This document shows positions 60,278 to 64,000 of a stretch of 64,000 bases of DNA, piece by piece. Both the position numbers and the translations under genes were made by a program. Position 1 is the first letter of the stretch; each line of letters starts with the position of its first letter. Below the pieces are notes generated by a model. It made no database searches and had not been told where the DNA came from. It was given only the letters and a program-made list of their open reading frames with translations. The stretch is from Vulcanimicrobiota bacterium (lineage in GTDB: Bacteria > Vulcanimicrobiota > Vulcanimicrobiia > Vulcanimicrobiales > Vulcanimicrobiaceae), in contig CAVRQT010000003.1 in assembly GCA_963723515.1 (NCBI GenBank), positions 576,001 to 640,000 of the forward strand. Direction: 5' to 3'.

Positions 60278-60702
60278 GCTCTGTACCAACCCCGTTCCCT
60301 TGCTGTCTTGCGACGATGACAATTTGCGCAGCGGACTTCACATTTTAGCATCTCTCTTCTTAACTGCGAAAGGGTGCAGCCGCTCCACGCTAAGAGGCAG
60401 ACCTCAGTAAGCTTAGTCCCGCTCACGTGATCGAATTCCAAAACGATTGGGTCACGTTCTCCGCAGTCGACGCACGGCGATTTCAACAAGTACTGAAGCA
60501 TGTACTCGCGATTCCTCTTAACGCATGACCGTTTGTTTCGATATCGCCTAATGTTATGTTCCGTGCTATGGCGACGGTAATGAGCCTTGCAATAAGCACT
60601 TTGACACTTTTTGCAATACGATGTCGGTGCTCCCGTAGCCAAGTCTCGGCAGTAAAATTCGTTTCGAGGCTTGCCTTCTTGACAGCGTGGGCATCGCTTC
60701 AT
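60268..60702 (-). CDS. Zn-finger HNH endonuclease-like protein overlapping tRNA-Pro
   Basis: CxxC pairs (CPRC, CKKC, CVDC), LEFDHV, CEVRCANCH; stop TAG within the tRNA 5' end. Confidence 0.82.
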   Translation of the reverse strand: MKRCPRCQEGKPRNEFYCRDLATGAPTSYCKKCQSAYCKAHYRRHSTEHNIRRYRNKRSCVKRNREYMLQYLLKSPCVDCGERDPIVLEFDHVSGTKLTEVCLLAWSGCTLSQLRREMLKCEVRCANCHRRKTARERGWYRAGA

Positions 60703-60753
60703 GTATCAATTGAACAAAAGAGGTGTGCCATACGCTTGGCATTCTAAAACGAA

Positions 60754-61435
60754 TTACCAGAGAAACGGAACAATGCGATAACGAACGCGATAAGTATAAT
60801 CGTTGTAACCATCGAGTTCGCGTATCAAAAGCCGTTCTTCAATGGCGATCCGCACCATGAGTGACGCAATCGGAATAATCGCGAACAACGCAGCCGCGTA
60901 AGACCCCAGCCATAACGGGAGTCCAATAATTAGGAGCGCGCCGCCCGCGTAAATTGGATGGCGAACGATGCCGTAAGCCCCCGTATCGACGACCGTTTGA
61001 TGTCGTTCTTCTTGATGCCTGACGACTGCCGCGGCAAATGCGTTTTCGCGCAAACCAGCCCACGCGATCGACCAGCCGATAAAGAACAGCACGAGGCCCA
61101 GAACTTGGATATGAATCGGCGGCGTGGACATAAGGTGCAGACGAAAGATGTCGAGCGCCGCAAACACGACCATCCCGTAGAAAGTCAGAATCAAAATCGC
61201 AAGGACGACTTTATCTGAGAGCGGCTGTCCCCGCTGAAAAGGCGGCTTCAAACGTTCTCGAAGCAGATCCATGCCGTCGTGCGAAAGATCGACAATGCTC
61301 AATACGGTGCCGATCGAGATAGAGTCCTAAAATAATCCAAGCGCTCGGCCAGTTCAGCGTGCCGGCCGGCACGAACAGCAGCGCGGCGAAGATGCCGACG
61401 CTTGCCACGGTGCTAACGATTAACCGAAGAGTCAT
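60754..61435 (-). CDS. Isoprenylcysteine carboxylmethyltransferase family protein (frameshift)
   Basis: GAYGIVRHPIY, RIAIEE, Y..RVRYR..P; TM helices. Confidence 0.85.
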
Positions 61436-61493
61436 CGAAAGATGTGCTGAAGGGCGCGCTAGTGGTATTCTATTGTGCGGCGTCGCGCTCAAT

Positions 61494-61566
<73 letters not shown>

Positions 61567-61582
61567 TAGATTTGCGGTCCGC

Positions 61583-61660
61583 GGTGACTGTAGCTCAGCC
61601 GGTTAGAGCGTCGGCCTGTGGAGTCGAAGGTCGCGGGTTCGATCCCCGTCAGTCACCCCA
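61583..61660 (+). tRNA. tRNA-His(GTG)
   Basis: G-1 plus GTGACTG stem, TCGGC-CTGTGGA-GTCGA anticodon arm, C discriminator, CCA. Confidence 0.96.
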
Positions 61661-61731
61661 ACAATTTGCGCGGCAGGGCCGTGTTTGAACCGGTGGAAGC
61701 AACGTGAGCGCTCGATGACATTCGGCGCCCG

Positions 61732-61804
61732 GCGCCTGTAGCTCAGTTGGTAGAGCAGCGGCCTTTTAAGCCGTTGGTCCTGGGTTCGAGTCCCAGCGGG
61801 CGTA
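61732..61804 (+). tRNA. tRNA-Lys(TTT)
   Basis: GCGGC-CTTTTAA-GCCGT anticodon arm, GTTCGAGTC; no encoded CCA. Confidence 0.95.
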
Positions 61805-61807
61805 CGT

Positions 61808-61882
<75 letters not shown>

Positions 61883-63314
61883 TGATTTTTAGAAGTGCCG
61901 TCAACGTGAATTGGCACGCCGAGACCACGGTTTACAGCTGTGGTCCGTCGGCATTTGCTTCGGCGACGTTGGAGTGTGCGCTAATGAAAAAAGGTAGCCG
62001 CATATAACGTTTTCCTTAAGATGCAGCCGAAAGGCCGCGTCCTTCAATTTCAGGTGCAAGGTCCGGAAAACGGCAAACTGGTGCCCGTCCGCGCTTTAAT
62101 TTACGATCAGAGTGGGCAGCGTATTGCAATTACGGACGACAGCGGAGACGCAGTTGCGCGTTGAAGGAAGCGATGGGCGAAACGGTCGTTCTGCAAGCAA
62201 GAGCGCCGCATTGGCCCTCCGCAACTGGGTCTTACGTCGTCGGCGCCTCCGAAGCGGGAAGCAAACTTACCCGCAGCACGGATTACGTGAACTTCGTTCT
62301 CAACTCCGAGGAAAGCGCCGAGCAAGAGATTGCGCTCCAAATCATGGTGTTCGGCACGAAGGACGGAGGCCGCGTGCCGATCGAGCATACGCTGATCTAC
62401 GATGAGAGCGGACATTTTCTCACGAGCACCGACTCCCGTGGCCACGCAGCCGCGCTGGTCAAGGAGCCGTTTGGCGAAACGTTTCGCCTGAAGGCGGAAG
62501 CCCAACACTGGGGTTCGCAGACGCAAGCGTTGCTCGCACGATCGGAGACGCGCAACAGCTACGCTGGTCCTGTCGGCAGCAAATACTTGTATCAGCAGGT
62601 CAGGTTCACGCTGCCGGCGGCGACCAATGAAATCGGAGACCTGGTCGTTCAGGTCCTCAACAGAGACAACGACAAGCCGGTCTCGGGTGCGGCCGTTCGT
62701 CTCTATAAGCCGACCGGTTTTCCAGGCACGCTCGTTGGGGTTGAAAGTACGAATCAACAAGGCGAAGCGACCTTTGATGCGCGCCATGTCGAGCAGGCGC
62801 TGTCCGGACAAGAAGCCCGAGTCGGCGTGCAGCATGGCGGCTACTCGGAGGCGCTGCAAACGGTGGCCGGCTCCTTGACGACGGCGGAGTTGCCTCGTTA
62901 CGTCGTGTATCTTAAACCGAAAAACGAAAACACGAAGTGGAGCGGCACGTGGTACGACGGCCCGTATACGATGCAGGTGTCCGGCGGAACGGGATCGCTT
63001 GGCTATACGGCGCTGCGTTCTTCAGGCGTTGGAACGTGCTGCCCCTCGTCGATGAAAGCAGTGGTAATTGCCAGGTGATTGGCAGCAAGGCGATCTGTCA
63101 ATATCACGGGCATTACCATGACAGTGCGAAGGACGTCACCTATGGCGGCCATGCAACGCTCACGTATTCTGGAGAGTACATCCAGTACAGCTTCACGCAA
63201 GTTAGCGGATCGATTACGCTGTCGAGCGGTCAGCCTTGTCCGGCAATCGAACAATGCACGAGCATGCATCCGGGTGCAATATTTACCGGTTCCTGGACAC
63301 GTAAGAAACCGTAA
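61883..63314 (+). pseudogene. 5'-truncated/frameshifted secreted protein with tandem ~90-aa beta-sandwich-like repeats
   Basis: Repeats LQFQVQG..LIYDQSG..TDDSG and LQIMVFG..LIYDESG..TDSRG; no signal peptide or RBS; several frame changes. Confidence 0.55.
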
Positions 63315-63360
63315 GATCGCAGACGGTCCTCCCAGGGTTCCGCAAGCTCGCAACAGCAGC

Positions 63361-64000
63361 GTGTTTCCGAACCTGATAGCGGGAGCGCTGCTCTTATTTT
63401 GCATCGTCTCTAACAGCGAAGTAACAGGTGCAAGCCCCTCCCGACCAATCATCTACGTTGCGCTCGGTGATAGCATCACGTGGGGATTGGCTGCATCGAA
63501 GACCTGCCAGCCGCAGATTCCGATGCCGGTCCGAACCAGCGTGCTTTGACGCGACGTCCTTCCCGGCTGTCTTCGCTCGCGCGCTTCGGAGCAGCGGACG
63601 AAGCGTTAGGGTTCAAAACGTGGCGATTTCAGGGGCGCGTGTAGGCTGGATGTTGCCGACGAGCTGCCGCAGGTCGCAAAAAACGCAAACCTGATCACGC
63701 TTTTTGTCGGCGCGAACGATTTCTCCGACATCGCGTTTCATGGTGCACGGTGGAAGATTTTGAACGCCAGTATACGGCGCTCGTCGCCTATCTCGTCGCA
63801 CAGTATCCACGGGCGCGAATCATCTTGGCGAACGTGCCGAATATCGGTTACTTACCGTGTTGCGCGGACATACGGAATGGGACACAAGAAACGTGGCACG
63901 CGGGCAACGCCTTCATCGATTCGTTTGCGGCTGGGGTTACGGTAGCAGATCTGGTTTGCGATCCGACGCTCTACCAGCCTGCGATGTTTCCCATGCAAGG
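63361..64000 (+). CDS. SGNH/GDSL hydrolase family protein (frameshifted, runs off window)
   Basis: YVALGDSIT, NVAISGA, and a VGAND block in successive frames. Confidence 0.75.

Noticed and set aside
62066..62140. GGCAAAC motif suggesting a c-di-GMP-I riboswitch
   Set aside because: The P1/P2 stems and GCAAAG partner are missing, and the segment translates as one of the protein repeats (GPENGKLVPVRALIYDQSG).

Overview
GC-rich bacterial core-chromosome segment. The RpoB/RpoC sequences and gene content suggest a diderm Terrabacteria lineage, possibly Eremiobacterota/Armatimonadota-like (an impression, not a database result). It contains a glycan export/methyltransferase/GT4 locus. rpoB and rpoC are intact but separated by about 7.3 kb of unrelated genes, and each has its own promoter and terminator. 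Other contents: a Rieske oxygenase/proline dehydrogenase operon, msrA, cydAB, a B12-dependent class II ribonucleotide reductase with a LAGLIDADG intein and upstream NrdR and LexA-type boxes, aroE, serA, icd, kup, a tyrosine catabolic cluster (hppD, fahA, hmgA) coupled to an EgtB/OvoA-like gene, SRP RNA, lepA-rdgB and six tRNAs. Small selfish DNA includes a MITE, REP-like hairpins with covarying stems, a duplicated tRNA-Ser 3' end, and an HNH nuclease gene whose stop codon lies inside tRNA-Pro. Many genes beyond about 26.7 kb carry frameshifts that look like assembly indels rather than real pseudogenes. No CRISPR array, rRNA, prophage or transposase was seen.
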